Assembly (NCBI GenBank): GCA_964420395.1
Contig: CAYQTJ010000004.1
Span: forward strand, 2,506 to 66,505
Length of the DNA stretch: 64,000 nucleotides
Direction: 5' to 3'
Source: an uncultured Fibrobacteraceae bacterium
Lineage (GTDB): Bacteria > Krumholzibacteriota > Krumholzibacteriia > LZORAL124-64-63
Shown here: piece by piece, positions 18,754 through 28,725 of the stretch
Position numbering within the stretch: the stretch's first letter is position 1
How the letters are laid out: each line of letters begins with the position of its first letter
Program-made: the position numbers and the translations under genes
Notes under the pieces: model-generated
What the model saw: only the letters and a program-made list of their open reading frames with translations
Databases searched by the model: none
What the model was told of the DNA's origin: nothing

Positions 18754-21700
18754 ATGAGATTGCGCCCCGCTCTCCTGGCCCTGTTCCTCTGGGTGATGCC
18801 GGCCCTCACCATCACGCTCTGTTCGAGCCCGCGGGAGGCGTGCGGCGCCGTCTCCGGTAGCGGCGCTCAGCTGCGCCAGGAGGTCACGTTCCCCCTTTCC
18901 CGCTCCGGATGGCCGGTGGCGGGGGAGGTCGGCGCCGCGCTGCTCACCGACGAACCGGGCGATCCGCGGGTGCCTTACCACGACGTCGTGCTGCTGCTCC
19001 CGCCGGGGCGGCGGGTCGCGGAGGCACGCTTCGCTCCTCGCGATCCGAGCGAGCGGGAACTGCCGGCGGCGGTGGTCACCGCGGCCCCGGCGCGGGTTTC
19101 CGCCGGGGGCGAGGTGGCCTGGGACCGGCTGCCGGCCGACGGGCCGGCGTATCCGCCGGCCTGGGGGGAACTGCTGGGCGAGACGGTCTGGCACGGCTAC
19201 CGCCTGGCCCACGTACGGCTCTACCCCTGGCAACTGACGCGGGGGGGCACGGGGACGTGGGACGGCGCACGCGCCGCAGCGGGGATGACGATCGAACTGG
19301 CGCTGGCTCCCGTGGCGGACGGCGGCGGTCGCCGGCGCCCGGCGCCGGAGCCGGACGCCGCGCTCAGGGCGCGGCTGCGGGGGCTGGTGGCGAATCCGGA
19401 CGCCGTCGCCGCCTACCCGCTGCCGGGCGTGGCGGCGGCGCGGGATGGCGCCGGCTTCTCGCCGACCTGGGCGCCGAGCCTGCTGGGCGACGATGTGGCC
19501 TACGTGATCATCACGAGCGCCGCGCTCGCGGCGGAGTTCCAGCGCCTGGCCGATTACAAGACCGCGCGGGGCGTCCCGACGGTCGTGCGCACGATCGAGG
19601 CGATCGTCGCCGCGGCGCCGGCCGGGATCGATCTGCCGGCGCAGATCCGCGCCTATTGCGCCGAGGCATACCGCGACTGGGGGACGACGGCTGTCCTGCT
19701 GGGCGGCGACACGCAGATCGTGCCGACGCGACGGATCCTCAACACGCTATATCCCGCGGGCGAGGGGACCGAGATGCCCGTGGACCTCTACTTCGCCTGC
19801 CTGGACGGGGACTGGAACGCCGACCACGACGAGAAGCTCGGCGAAGCCTACATGAATCCCTACGATTCGGGTGACTGGGCCGATCTGGCGGCCGAACTGG
19901 CGGTCGGGCGGGCGCCGGTCGCCACGGCGGCGGAGGCCGCCGTGTTCGTGGACAAGGTCATGGCCTACGAGGGGGGAACCGTCGCCGCGCCGGCTGGCCG
20001 CGCCCTCTTCCTGAGCGAAGTGCTCTTCCCGAGCGCCTGGACCGTCGGCACCCCCATCACCGACGACGGCGCGACGTACAGCGAGGCGATCATCAACGAA
20101 GTCATGGCGGAGTCGCCCATGCCCCCGGCGGCGACGCGGATGTACGAGGCGACCGCGCTCTGGCCCGGCTCGGTCCCCGAGCGGCGCCTCGCGGTGATCG
20201 ACTCGCTCAACACCGGGCACTTCGGGCTGGTCAACCACATCGGCCACGGTTTCTTCTACAACCTGTCCGTGGGCGATGCGACGCTCGATCTGAAGGATGC
20301 CGCCGGGGTCCACAACGACCCGAGCTACTTCATCCTGAACAGCCTCAACTGCTCCTCGTCCGCCTTCGACTACAACAGCATCCTCGAGCGGCTGGTGCTG
20401 AATCCGGGAGGCGGCGCCGTGGCCACGATCGGCTCGGCGCGCGCCGCCTTCCCGACCACCGCCAGCCAGTACCAGCGGGAGTTCTACGCCGCGCTGTTCC
20501 GCGACGGGATCCGGGAGGTGGGCGCAGCGGTGGCGGCCTGCCGCCTGCCTTTCCAGGGGCTGACCGCCGGGAACACGCCGGAGCGCTGGACGCACATGAC
20601 CCTGACGCTGCTCGGCGATCCGACGCTGGCGGTCTGGACCGCGCCGCCGGTGCCTCTCGTGGTCAGCGCGCCGGACACCCTGCCGCTCGGCGGGCAGGAG
20701 GTCGTCGTGAAGGTGACCCGCGGCGGGCTGGCCGTGGCGGGGGCCATGGTCTGCCTGCTCAAGACGGGCGAGTGCTACGCGCGCGGCTACACCGATGCGG
20801 GCGGGGAGGCCCGCCTGCCGGTCGTGGTGAAGTCGGCGGGGGCCGTCGCGCTGAGCGTGACGGCGGCCGACTCGCGCCCCGCGACGCGGACCCTGCCGGT
20901 GAGCGTCGCGCCGAGCCCGTACCTGAAGGTGACCTCGGTCCAGTTCCGGGATGACGGCACGCTCGGCTCGGTCGGCAACGGCGACGGCCTGCCGGATGCC
21001 GGCGAAACGGTGGCGTTGCTGCCGACCTTCACGAACAGCGGGACGGTCCTGGCCACCGGCGCGGTCTCGATGTCGGCATGGACCCTGACCCCGGGGGCGA
21101 CGCTGCTGTCGACCGCGACCGCCGTGCCGCCGCTGGCGCCCGGCGCGTCCGCGGTCGGCGGGAGCCCGCTGCTGCTGCGTCTCGAGGCCGGCGTGCCGGA
21201 CGGCACCCTGTTCACGGTGCAACTGGCCGCCATCGACGGCGGGCGGGTCTACTTGGACGAGATCTCCGAGCGGGGACGCGCGCCCGACCTGCGGCCGACG
21301 ATCATGACGTGGAGCGACTCGCCCGGGGGGGACGGCGACGGCGTGATCGAGCCCGACGAGGAGATCGTGCTGCGCGTGACGCTCCTGAATCCAGGCGGCG
21401 GGCGGGCCTCCGGCCTGACGGCCACCGTCGAGCCGGGAATCGGACTGACGGTGGTGGATGGCAGCGGCGCCTGGCCCGACATCGCGCCGGGGGGCGAGGC
21501 GACTCCGTCCGACGCGGTGAGCGTGCGCCCCGCCTCGCCGGTGTCGGCCGCCCGCGGCACGCTGGTCGTGCAGGACGCCTTCGGACACGAGTGGCGCCAG
21601 CGCTTCGACCTCACGCCGCCCGAACGGCCGACGGGAGTGACCGGCACCTCGCCCGCCGGCGGGGAGTGCCTCCTGCTCTGGACGCCGAACCCGGAGGCGG

Positions 21701-23562
21701 ACCTCTACGGGTATCACGTCTACCGGTCGCTGCAGCCGAATTACGGCTACGTGCGGCTCACCGCGGAACCGGTCACGGGCGGGAGCTTCTACCGCGACAC
21801 CGGACTCGCCGCGCTCACCCGGTACTACTATCAGATCGCCGCCGCCGACTCGTCGCGGCTGCTGAGCCGCGTCACCTCGACGCTCGGCGTCAGCACGGTG
21901 CCGTCGGAGCAGACCGGCTTCCCGATCGAGCTGCCCGCGGAGACGTCGAGCCATCCGGTCGTCGGAGACGTCAACGGCGACGGCCGGCTCGACGTGGTGC
22001 TGCCGGCCAATTACATCTACGTGTGGGACGCGGATGGGGTGGAACTGCGGAACGGCGACGGCGACAGCCAGACGCTCGGCCCCTTCAACTCCACGGCCGC
22101 CGACTGGGCGCCGGCCGGTGCCACGCTGGCCAACCTGACCAGCCGTCCGGGGCTGGAGATCATCGCCTCGAATCGCACCGCGCGGCAGATCTTCGTCTAC
22201 CAGGGGGACGGCACGGTGGCCGCGGGCTGGCCGCGCACGATGAGCGACTGGAACTGGGCGACGCCGGTGGCGGGGGATCTCGACGGGGACGGCGACCTGG
22301 AGGTCATCGCGAACACCGTCACGGGGACGCTCTACGTCTGGCACCACGACGGCACGGACTTCTTCGACGGCGACGCCAACCCCGCCACGGTCGGGGTGTT
22401 CCAGGTGCGCGTCAACGAGTGGTACAGCTTCTGCTCGCCGGCGCTCGCCGACCTCGACCAGGACGGGAAGCTGGAGATCATCCTCGGCACCCGCTACAGC
22501 GGCACGACGCCGGACGTGCTGATGGCGCTGCGCAACGACGGCACGAACCTGCCCGGCTTCCCGGTCAGCTTCGGCCTCTACGGCGAGACGCTCTGCAGCC
22601 CGGCCGTGGGCGATCTCGACCTGGACGGGCGGCTGGAGATCGTGGTGGTCACCGAGAACGATCGCCTGCAGGTCATCCGGCACACCGGGCTGTCGATGGC
22701 GCCGTTCCCGATCCTCTTCGTCTCCAACAACAACCCCGACGGGCTGAGCACCCCGTCGCCGGCGCTCGCCGACCTCGACGGCGACGGCTATCCGGAGATC
22801 GTGGCGGTGTCGGTCACCGACGCGCTGACCGCCGCGGTGCACGCGGTCAGGCGGACCGGCGTCAACCTGTCCGGCTGGCCGCGGGCGGTGGGGGGGAATT
22901 CGGAATCGTCGCCGGTGGTGGCGGACATCAGCGGCGACGGGCATCCGGACGTCCTGTTCGGCATCGGCGGCGGGGCCGACAGCAGCCCCAACGCGCTCTA
23001 CGCGTGGCGCCACGACGGCGGCGTGGTGCCGGGATTCCCGCTGCAGCTCAGCGGGCCGATCCGCCCGACCCCCTGCCTGACGGACCTGAACCAGGACGGG
23101 GACATCGACCTCGTCTACGGCGGCTGGGACCTGCAGATGCACGTCTGGGACCTGCCGGCGGCCTGGAATCCCGACCTGGCGTTCTGGCCCACCTTCAAGG
23201 GCAATCCGCTGCGCAGCGGCCTGGCCGGCCAGCTGTGGATCACCGCCGTGCCCGGGGGGGAGGACGGCGCCCCGCCGGCGGCGGTCGCGCTCGAGGGGAA
23301 TCGGCCCAACCCGTTCAATCCGCGCACGCGGATCACCTTCGCCCTGCCCGGCCCCGGCGCGGTCCGGGCCCGGCTGACCATCTACGACCTGCGGGGGCGG
23401 CGCGTGGCGCAGCTGGTGGACGGCTCCCTGCGGCCCGGGCGCCACACCGTCGACTGGTACGGGCGCGACGACGGGGGCGGGGCGGTCGCCAGCGGGGTCT
23501 ATCTCTGCCGGCTGACGGCCGGCGGGGTGGTGACGGAGCGCAAGATGACCCTGGTGCGGTGA
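18754..23562 (+). CDS. giant secreted multidomain protein: gingipain-like cysteine peptidase (C25) + FN3-like module + ~8 FG-GAP repeats + T9SS-type C-terminal sorting domain
   Basis: Signal peptide (MRLRPALLALFLWVMPALTITLC). C25 region (YVIITSAALAAEFQRLADYKTARGVPTVV..; LLGGDTQIVPTRRI; catalytic-type HIGHG and SLNCSSSAFD). FN3-like segment (GYHVYRS...YYYQIAAADSS). Repeated D-x-[DN]-x-D-G-x-x-[DE] FG-GAP units (DVNGDGRLDVV, GDLDGDGDLEVI, ADLDQDGKLEII, GDLDLDGRLEIV, ADLDGDGYPEIV, ADISGDGHPDVL, TDLNQDGDIDLV). C-terminal NRPNPFNPRTRITFALP...VYLCRLTAGGVVTERKMTLVR tail. Confidence 0.85.
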   Translation: MRLRPALLALFLWVMPALTITLCSSPREACGAVSGSGAQLRQEVTFPLSRSGWPVAGEVGAALLTDEPGDPRVPYHDVVLLLPPGRRVAEARFAPRDPSERELPAAVVTAAPARVSAGGEVAWDRLPADGPAYPPAWGELLGETVWHGYRLAHVRLYPWQLTRGGTGTWDGARAAAGMTIELALAPVADGGGRRRPAPEPDAALRARLRGLVANPDAVAAYPLPGVAAARDGAGFSPTWAPSLLGDDVAYVIITSAALAAEFQRLADYKTARGVPTVVRTIEAIVAAAPAGIDLPAQIRAYCAEAYRDWGTTAVLLGGDTQIVPTRRILNTLYPAGEGTEMPVDLYFACLDGDWNADHDEKLGEAYMNPYDSGDWADLAAELAVGRAPVATAAEAAVFVDKVMAYEGGTVAAPAGRALFLSEVLFPSAWTVGTPITDDGATYSEAIINEVMAESPMPPAATRMYEATALWPGSVPERRLAVIDSLNTGHFGLVNHIGHGFFYNLSVGDATLDLKDAAGVHNDPSYFILNSLNCSSSAFDYNSILERLVLNPGGGAVATIGSARAAFPTTASQYQREFYAALFRDGIREVGAAVAACRLPFQGLTAGNTPERWTHMTLTLLGDPTLAVWTAPPVPLVVSAPDTLPLGGQEVVVKVTRGGLAVAGAMVCLLKTGECYARGYTDAGGEARLPVVVKSAGAVALSVTAADSRPATRTLPVSVAPSPYLKVTSVQFRDDGTLGSVGNGDGLPDAGETVALLPTFTNSGTVLATGAVSMSAWTLTPGATLLSTATAVPPLAPGASAVGGSPLLLRLEAGVPDGTLFTVQLAAIDGGRVYLDEISERGRAPDLRPTIMTWSDSPGGDGDGVIEPDEEIVLRVTLLNPGGGRASGLTATVEPGIGLTVVDGSGAWPDIAPGGEATPSDAVSVRPASPVSAARGTLVVQDAFGHEWRQRFDLTPPERPTGVTGTSPAGGECLLLWTPNPEADLYGYHVYRSLQPNYGYVRLTAEPVTGGSFYRDTGLAALTRYYYQIAAADSSRLLSRVTSTLGVSTVPSEQTGFPIELPAETSSHPVVGDVNGDGRLDVVLPANYIYVWDADGVELRNGDGDSQTLGPFNSTAADWAPAGATLANLTSRPGLEIIASNRTARQIFVYQGDGTVAAGWPRTMSDWNWATPVAGDLDGDGDLEVIANTVTGTLYVWHHDGTDFFDGDANPATVGVFQVRVNEWYSFCSPALADLDQDGKLEIILGTRYSGTTPDVLMALRNDGTNLPGFPVSFGLYGETLCSPAVGDLDLDGRLEIVVVTENDRLQVIRHTGLSMAPFPILFVSNNNPDGLSTPSPALADLDGDGYPEIVAVSVTDALTAAVHAVRRTGVNLSGWPRAVGGNSESSPVVADISGDGHPDVLFGIGGGADSSPNALYAWRHDGGVVPGFPLQLSGPIRPTPCLTDLNQDGDIDLVYGGWDLQMHVWDLPAAWNPDLAFWPTFKGNPLRSGLAGQLWITAVPGGEDGAPPAAVALEGNRPNPFNPRTRITFALPGPGAVRARLTIYDLRGRRVAQLVDGSLRPGRHTVDWYGRDDGGGAVASGVYLCRLTAGGVVTERKMTLVR

Positions 23563-23580
23563 GGGAACGGGGCGCGGCCA

Positions 23581-23609
23581 TTGACCGCGCCCCGCTTCTC
23601 TGGTAAAAT
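23581..23609 (+). promoter_or_regulatory. sigma70-type promoter: -35 TTGACC (23581-86), 17-nt spacer, -10 TAAAAT (23604-09)
   Basis: Near-consensus hexamers with optimal spacing. It sits 245 nt upstream of the giant gene 2 start, implying a long 5' leader. Confidence 0.5.
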
Positions 23610-23853
23610 GGACGAAGTCACACCGGAGTGGGGCGCCGTCGGCGCCGCCGCTCCGCTACCACCTCCCGGAGGGCTGGACGACCGCACCTGGGTAACGGGC
23701 AGCAGTGGCGGGCCGGCAGGGCCGGCCCCGCATTGGCAGCAGCGTTCACAGTCCCCCGAGGAGGCATCCGTTTCCTCACGCAGAAGTCGATGAAGACACG
23801 TGCTTCTCGCGGCTCCGGCCGCGAGTTACGTCGCTATTGACCGGAGGGTATGC

Positions 23854-26800
23854 ATGGATCGCCATCGCCTGATGAGCCGCATCAGCCTGACCGTCGCGAC
23901 GGCCGCGGCGCTGACCTGGGGGACCGTGGCCCTCGGCGCCGGGGCCCCCGCCGCCTTCTTCGAGGGGAGGATCACCGGCGAGCTCTCGTGGGAAACGAAC
24001 GCCTCCGGGGCGGTGACGCCCCGCCTCGCCGGCGGTCGGGCCTGGGCCGAGACGGATCGGCCCGCGCTGGCGGTGCTCGACCTGCGCCTGCTGGTGCCGC
24101 TGGAGGCGGCGCCGGGCGGCGTCGAGGTGGTGCCCCTGGCGACGCACCGCGTGCGGGTGCCGGGGCGGCTGGCCGTCGGTTCGCCGCTCATCAGCAGCGA
24201 CGGGGTCGCCGTGGTCGCGGCCCGGCTCCCTCTGGACGGGGCGGTCTTTCCGGCGCAGTGGGGCGAATTCGGCGGCACGCAGGTCTGGCGGGGCTTCCGT
24301 CTCGCGTCGGTGCGGGTCTACCCGCTGCGGGCCGTGCGTGACGCGGCGGGCGAGTGGAGCGAACTCGAGGTGCTCGACAGCTACGCCATCCGGTTCCTGC
24401 CGGGCGGCGGCAAGCTCGCGGCGGGGGACGCCGCGGAGATCGCCGTGCGCGAACGTCGGGTGCCGGGCGAGCGGGCGCGCGCCGAGGCGGCGCTGGCCGG
24501 CCTGATCGCGAACCCCGGAGGGCTGTCCGGCTACGCGCGCGCCGACGGTGCGGTCGTGGCGGAGCCGGCGGGGGGCTTCGCGCCGAGCCAGACCCCCAGC
24601 CTGGAGGGGAGCCCGGTCCGTTACCTGATCATCACCCGGGAGGCGCTGGCCCCGGCCTTCCAGCGCCTGGCCGATCATCGCACCGCCCTGGGGGACCCTG
24701 CGGTCGTGCAGACGGTGGAGTGGATCGAGGCCAACTACCGCCACGGCGCGGATGTCCAGGAGACGATCCGGCTCTTCATCCGCGAGGCCTATCAGCGCTG
24801 GGGTGTGGAGTACGTCCTGCTCGGCGGCGACACCGACGTGGTCCCGGCCCGCTACATCCACAGCGAGTACTATCCCCCCTCGTCCAGCACCGACGTGCCG
24901 ACCGACCTCTATTTCGGGTGCCTGGACGGGAACTGGAACGCCGATGCCGACGATCTCTTCGGCGAGCACTACGCCAGCTATCTGAATCCCGGCGACAACG
25001 CCGATCTCGCCGACGAGGTGCGGGTGGGGCGCGCCCCGGTCAGCACCGTGAACGCGGTGAACGCGTTCATCGACAAGGTCATCGGCTACGAGCAGCAGGT
25101 GGCGGGGACGGGCTGGCCCAACCGGATGCTGTTCGCCGCGGAGGTGCTGTTCCCGGCCGACTACACCGCGGGGGCGACGATCACCCTCGACGGCGCGAGC
25201 TTCGCCGAGCAGTTGAACAACACCGCGCTCACCCCCTGCACCGGGATGACGCCGACGCGGCTTTACGAGTCGTATCCGCTCTGGCCCGGCTCGACGCGCC
25301 TCTCGCGCGCGGCGTTCACGGACTCCGTCAATACCGGTCACTTCGGCATCGTGAACCAGATCGGTCACGGCTTCTTCGTCAACATGTCGCTGGGCGACGC
25401 CAATTTCACCGTCGCCGACGCCGACGGATTGCACAACACGGGGCGCCCGTTCCTGCTCTATGCCCTCAACTGCGCCTCCGCGGCGTTCGACTACGCCTGT
25501 CTGATGGAGCGCTTCGTGCAGAATCCCAACGGCGGCGCGGTCGCGGCGATCGGCGCGGCCCGGGCCGCGTTCCCGTATACGGCGAACGACTATCAGATTG
25601 AGTTCTTCCGGCTGCTGTTCTGCAACGGCATCCACCGGCTGGGCGACCTGATGAGCCTCAGCCGCCTCCCGCAGCTGGCAGACACCTACTACAACACGGC
25701 CGACCGCTGGACCTTCCTGAACTACACGCTGCTCGGCGACCCCGGCCTGGCGGTGTGGACCGGTGCTCCGCGGCCGGCGAGCGTGGCGGCTCCCGCCTCC
25801 CTCACGGCCGGCGCCCAGTCGGTGACGGTGACCGTGACGGCCGACGGCCTGCCGGTCGAGGGGGCGCTCGTCTGCCTGAGCAAGGAGGGCGACGACTACG
25901 CCTCGGACTTCACGGATGCCGCGGGCCAGGTCTCCCTCGCCTACACCCCGGTCAGCGCCGGCGCGGCCAGCCTGGTCGTAAGCGGAGCGGGGCTGGCCCG
26001 CGAGGCGCGCGATCTGCCGGTGACGGTCCCCGGCGCGTACATCGCGCTCGACGCGGTGACGATCACCGATGACGGCTCCGCCGGCAGCAGCGGCAACGGG
26101 GACGGGCGCTTCGACGCCGGCGAGACGGTGGCGGTGGTCACCCAGTATCGCGACACCGGCACGGGGGGGGCGCTGAACTGCCTCGCCACTCTCAGCGGGG
26201 GGGCGGCCGGCCTGACCATCCTGGACGGCACGGCCAGCGTCGGCAACGTGCCGTCGGGCAGCGTCAAGGCGGCCACGGAGCCGTTCCTGGTGCGTGCCGA
26301 CGCCGCCCTGCCCGACGGTCTGCACGTGGCGTTCTCGGTCACGGTGACCGCGCAGGCCGGGGGGCCGTTCGCCAGCGAGTGGAATCCGGTCGTGCTGGCG
26401 CCGGAGCTGGCGCCGATCGCGCTGACCTGGTCGGACCTGGTCTACGGCAACGGGGACGGCGTGCAGCAGAACGGCGAGCGGATCACCGTGGCGGTGAAGC
26501 TCAAGAACTACGGCGACGGGCTGGCCGGGGCGATCACCGGGCGGCTGCGCAGCATGGACCCGGGCGTGGTCCTGCGCGACACCGTCGCGTCCTACGGCAC
26601 GCTGGCGCTGCTGCAGGAAGGGACCGGATCGGTGCCGTTCTCGCTGTCGGAGACGGACGTCAGCGTCGACCACCCCTGCTGGATCCTCTTCAGCGATCCG
26701 CAGGGGCGCACGGTGCGGCACGACTTCGTACTGAACGCGCCGGCGGCGCCGGCGGCGCCGGCGACCAGCGGCACGCTCGGGCCCGACGTCATCGGCCTGA

Positions 26801-28725
26801 CCTGGGCGCCGGTGACGACCCCGCACCTGCGCGGCTACCACGTCTACCGCGGCACCAGCGCCGGCGGTCCGTTCGTGCGGGCGAACGCCGACCTGGTCGA
26901 GCGCACGTCCTACTTCCGCGACTCCGGTCTCGCCCTGCTGACCCAGTACTTCTACCGGATCGCGGCGGTGGACTCCTCGCTGGTGGAGGGGCCGTTCTCG
27001 GCCGTGGTCTCGCAGAGCACCGCACCGCCGGAAATGGGCGGCTTCCCGCTGCCCATGACTAAGGAGACGAGCGGCCACAACGCCGTCGGCGACGTGGACG
27101 GCGACGGCACGCTCGAGGTCGTGCTCGGGGCGGACGAGGTCTACGTCTGGACCGCCGGCGGTGGCGAGCTGCGCGACGGTGACAACGACGCCCAGACGCT
27201 CGGGCCGTTCACGAACATGTCCAGCGGCACCACGAATCTGAGCTTCTCGCCGTCCGGCATCACCCTGGCCGATCTGGACGACGTACCGGGGCTCGAGATC
27301 ATCGCCAGCGAGAGGGTCCAGAACAAGATCCACATCTTCCGCCGGGACGGCAGCGAACTGCCGGGCTGGCCGCGGTCCCTGGTCGGCACGAGCTGGAACT
27401 GGACCACGCCCGCGGTCGGCGACGTGGACGGCGACGGCGCCCCGGAGATCGTCTGCAACGACATCGCCGGCCGCACCTTCGCCTGGCACCTCGACGGCAC
27501 GGAACTGAGGGACGGCGACAGCAATCCCGCCACGCTCGGCGTGTTCGTGGCGCGCGCCGGCGCGACCTACGAGTATGGCTTCAGCTCGCCCGCGCTGTGC
27601 GACCTGGACGGTGACGGGCGCAAGGAGATCATCTTCGGCTCGAAGCTCTCCGGCGTGCCCAACTACCTCTACGCCTATCGCTACGACGGCAGCCAGGCGA
27701 CCGGCTTCCCGTTCGCGACCGGCAACCTCGGCGCCATCGGGTGCAGCCCCAGCCTTGGAGACCTCGACAACGACGGTCAGCGGGAGATCGTCTTCGTGTC
27801 GGAAGCCGACTCGCTCTATGTCCTGCGGCGGAACGGCAGCCGCTATCCCGGCTTCCCGATCTGGTTCACCGCCAACAGCACCAGCAGCGGCGCCTCCTGT
27901 CCCAGCCCGGCGCTGGCCGACTTCGACGGCGACGGGCGGCTGGAGATCGCGGCGGTGACGGTCACGAACGCCGCGAGCGCGGCCCTGCGGCTGATCGACA
28001 CCGACGTCGCGGGCGGCACCTCCGGCCAGACCATGCCGGGCTGGCCGAAGAGCCTGCCGGGCAACTCGGAGTCCAGTCCCCTGGCGGGGGACATCGACGG
28101 CGACGGCGGCATCGACATCGTGTTCGGGATCGGCGGGGGCGACGAATCGACCCCCAACAACATCTACGCCTTCGAGGCGAGCGGCGCCGCGGTGCCTGGC
28201 TTCCCGATCACCGTCGGGGGGCCGATCCGGCCCTGCCCCGTGCTGTGCGACCTCGACGGGGACGGCAAAGTCAACATCGTCTATGGCGGATGGGACCTGC
28301 AGGTCCACGTCTGGAACCTGCCGTTCGCCTACGATCCGGATCTGATGCCGTGGCCCACCTTCCGCGGCAGCCACTGGCGCGACGGCGTCTACCGGCAGCC
28401 CACCCTGACCGGTGCGCCGGGGGAGGCGCCTCCGGCGGCGCTGGCCGTGGCGCCGAACTTCCCGAACCCGTTCAATCCCGTCACGACGGTGCGGCTCAAC
28501 GTGCCGGGCCCGTCCGGGCAGAGCGTGCCGCTCGGCCTGCGGGTGTACGACCTGCAGGGGCGGCTGGTGCGCGTCCTGCACGCCGGCCCGGCCGCGACCG
28601 GCTGGCGGACCTGGATCTGGGACGGTCGCGACGGCGCCGGGCAGCCGCAGGCGAGCGGCGTGTACCTGCTCCGGGCCGAAGCGGGCGGGCAGGTGCGGAC
28701 GCAAAAGATGGCCCTGGTGAAATGA
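23854..28725 (+). CDS. giant secreted multidomain protein (paralog of 18754..23562): C25 peptidase-like + FN3-like + FG-GAP repeats + T9SS-type C-terminal domain
   Basis: ATG preceded by GGAGGG. Signal peptide (MSRISLTVATAAALTWGTVALGAGA). Same architecture as the upstream giant: YLIITREALAPAFQRLADHRTALGDPAVV; LLGGDTDVVPARYI; QIGHG; ALNCASAAFD; GYHVYRGTSAG...YFYRIAAVDSS; DVDGDGTLEVV, GDVDGDGAPEIV, CDLDGDGRKEII, GDLDNDGQREIV, ADFDGDGRLEIA, GDIDGDGGIDIV, CDLDGDGKVNIV. C-terminal NFPNPFNPVTTVRLNVP...VYLLRAEAGGQVRTQKMALVK. Confidence 0.85.
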   Translation: MDRHRLMSRISLTVATAAALTWGTVALGAGAPAAFFEGRITGELSWETNASGAVTPRLAGGRAWAETDRPALAVLDLRLLVPLEAAPGGVEVVPLATHRVRVPGRLAVGSPLISSDGVAVVAARLPLDGAVFPAQWGEFGGTQVWRGFRLASVRVYPLRAVRDAAGEWSELEVLDSYAIRFLPGGGKLAAGDAAEIAVRERRVPGERARAEAALAGLIANPGGLSGYARADGAVVAEPAGGFAPSQTPSLEGSPVRYLIITREALAPAFQRLADHRTALGDPAVVQTVEWIEANYRHGADVQETIRLFIREAYQRWGVEYVLLGGDTDVVPARYIHSEYYPPSSSTDVPTDLYFGCLDGNWNADADDLFGEHYASYLNPGDNADLADEVRVGRAPVSTVNAVNAFIDKVIGYEQQVAGTGWPNRMLFAAEVLFPADYTAGATITLDGASFAEQLNNTALTPCTGMTPTRLYESYPLWPGSTRLSRAAFTDSVNTGHFGIVNQIGHGFFVNMSLGDANFTVADADGLHNTGRPFLLYALNCASAAFDYACLMERFVQNPNGGAVAAIGAARAAFPYTANDYQIEFFRLLFCNGIHRLGDLMSLSRLPQLADTYYNTADRWTFLNYTLLGDPGLAVWTGAPRPASVAAPASLTAGAQSVTVTVTADGLPVEGALVCLSKEGDDYASDFTDAAGQVSLAYTPVSAGAASLVVSGAGLAREARDLPVTVPGAYIALDAVTITDDGSAGSSGNGDGRFDAGETVAVVTQYRDTGTGGALNCLATLSGGAAGLTILDGTASVGNVPSGSVKAATEPFLVRADAALPDGLHVAFSVTVTAQAGGPFASEWNPVVLAPELAPIALTWSDLVYGNGDGVQQNGERITVAVKLKNYGDGLAGAITGRLRSMDPGVVLRDTVASYGTLALLQEGTGSVPFSLSETDVSVDHPCWILFSDPQGRTVRHDFVLNAPAAPAAPATSGTLGPDVIGLTWAPVTTPHLRGYHVYRGTSAGGPFVRANADLVERTSYFRDSGLALLTQYFYRIAAVDSSLVEGPFSAVVSQSTAPPEMGGFPLPMTKETSGHNAVGDVDGDGTLEVVLGADEVYVWTAGGGELRDGDNDAQTLGPFTNMSSGTTNLSFSPSGITLADLDDVPGLEIIASERVQNKIHIFRRDGSELPGWPRSLVGTSWNWTTPAVGDVDGDGAPEIVCNDIAGRTFAWHLDGTELRDGDSNPATLGVFVARAGATYEYGFSSPALCDLDGDGRKEIIFGSKLSGVPNYLYAYRYDGSQATGFPFATGNLGAIGCSPSLGDLDNDGQREIVFVSEADSLYVLRRNGSRYPGFPIWFTANSTSSGASCPSPALADFDGDGRLEIAAVTVTNAASAALRLIDTDVAGGTSGQTMPGWPKSLPGNSESSPLAGDIDGDGGIDIVFGIGGGDESTPNNIYAFEASGAAVPGFPITVGGPIRPCPVLCDLDGDGKVNIVYGGWDLQVHVWNLPFAYDPDLMPWPTFRGSHWRDGVYRQPTLTGAPGEAPPAALAVAPNFPNPFNPVTTVRLNVPGPSGQSVPLGLRVYDLQGRLVRVLHAGPAATGWRTWIWDGRDGAGQPQASGVYLLRAEAGGQVRTQKMALVK

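Noticed and set aside
23617-23853. Second TTGACC at ~23836 just before the giant gene 2 start, as an alternative promoter.
   Set aside because: Only 6 nt separate it from the nearest -10-like hexamer. It overlaps the GGAGGG ribosome-binding site, so it is more likely fortuitous.
23776-28704. 1642-aa ORF on the minus strand, antisense to giant protease gene 2. A similar 1232-aa ORF at 19747..23445 is antisense to giant gene 1.
   Set aside because: Both are mirror ORFs produced by ~72% GC and stop-codon depletion. Their translations are low-complexity R/G/A/P/H strings with no motifs, while the plus-strand frames carry clear multi-domain signatures.
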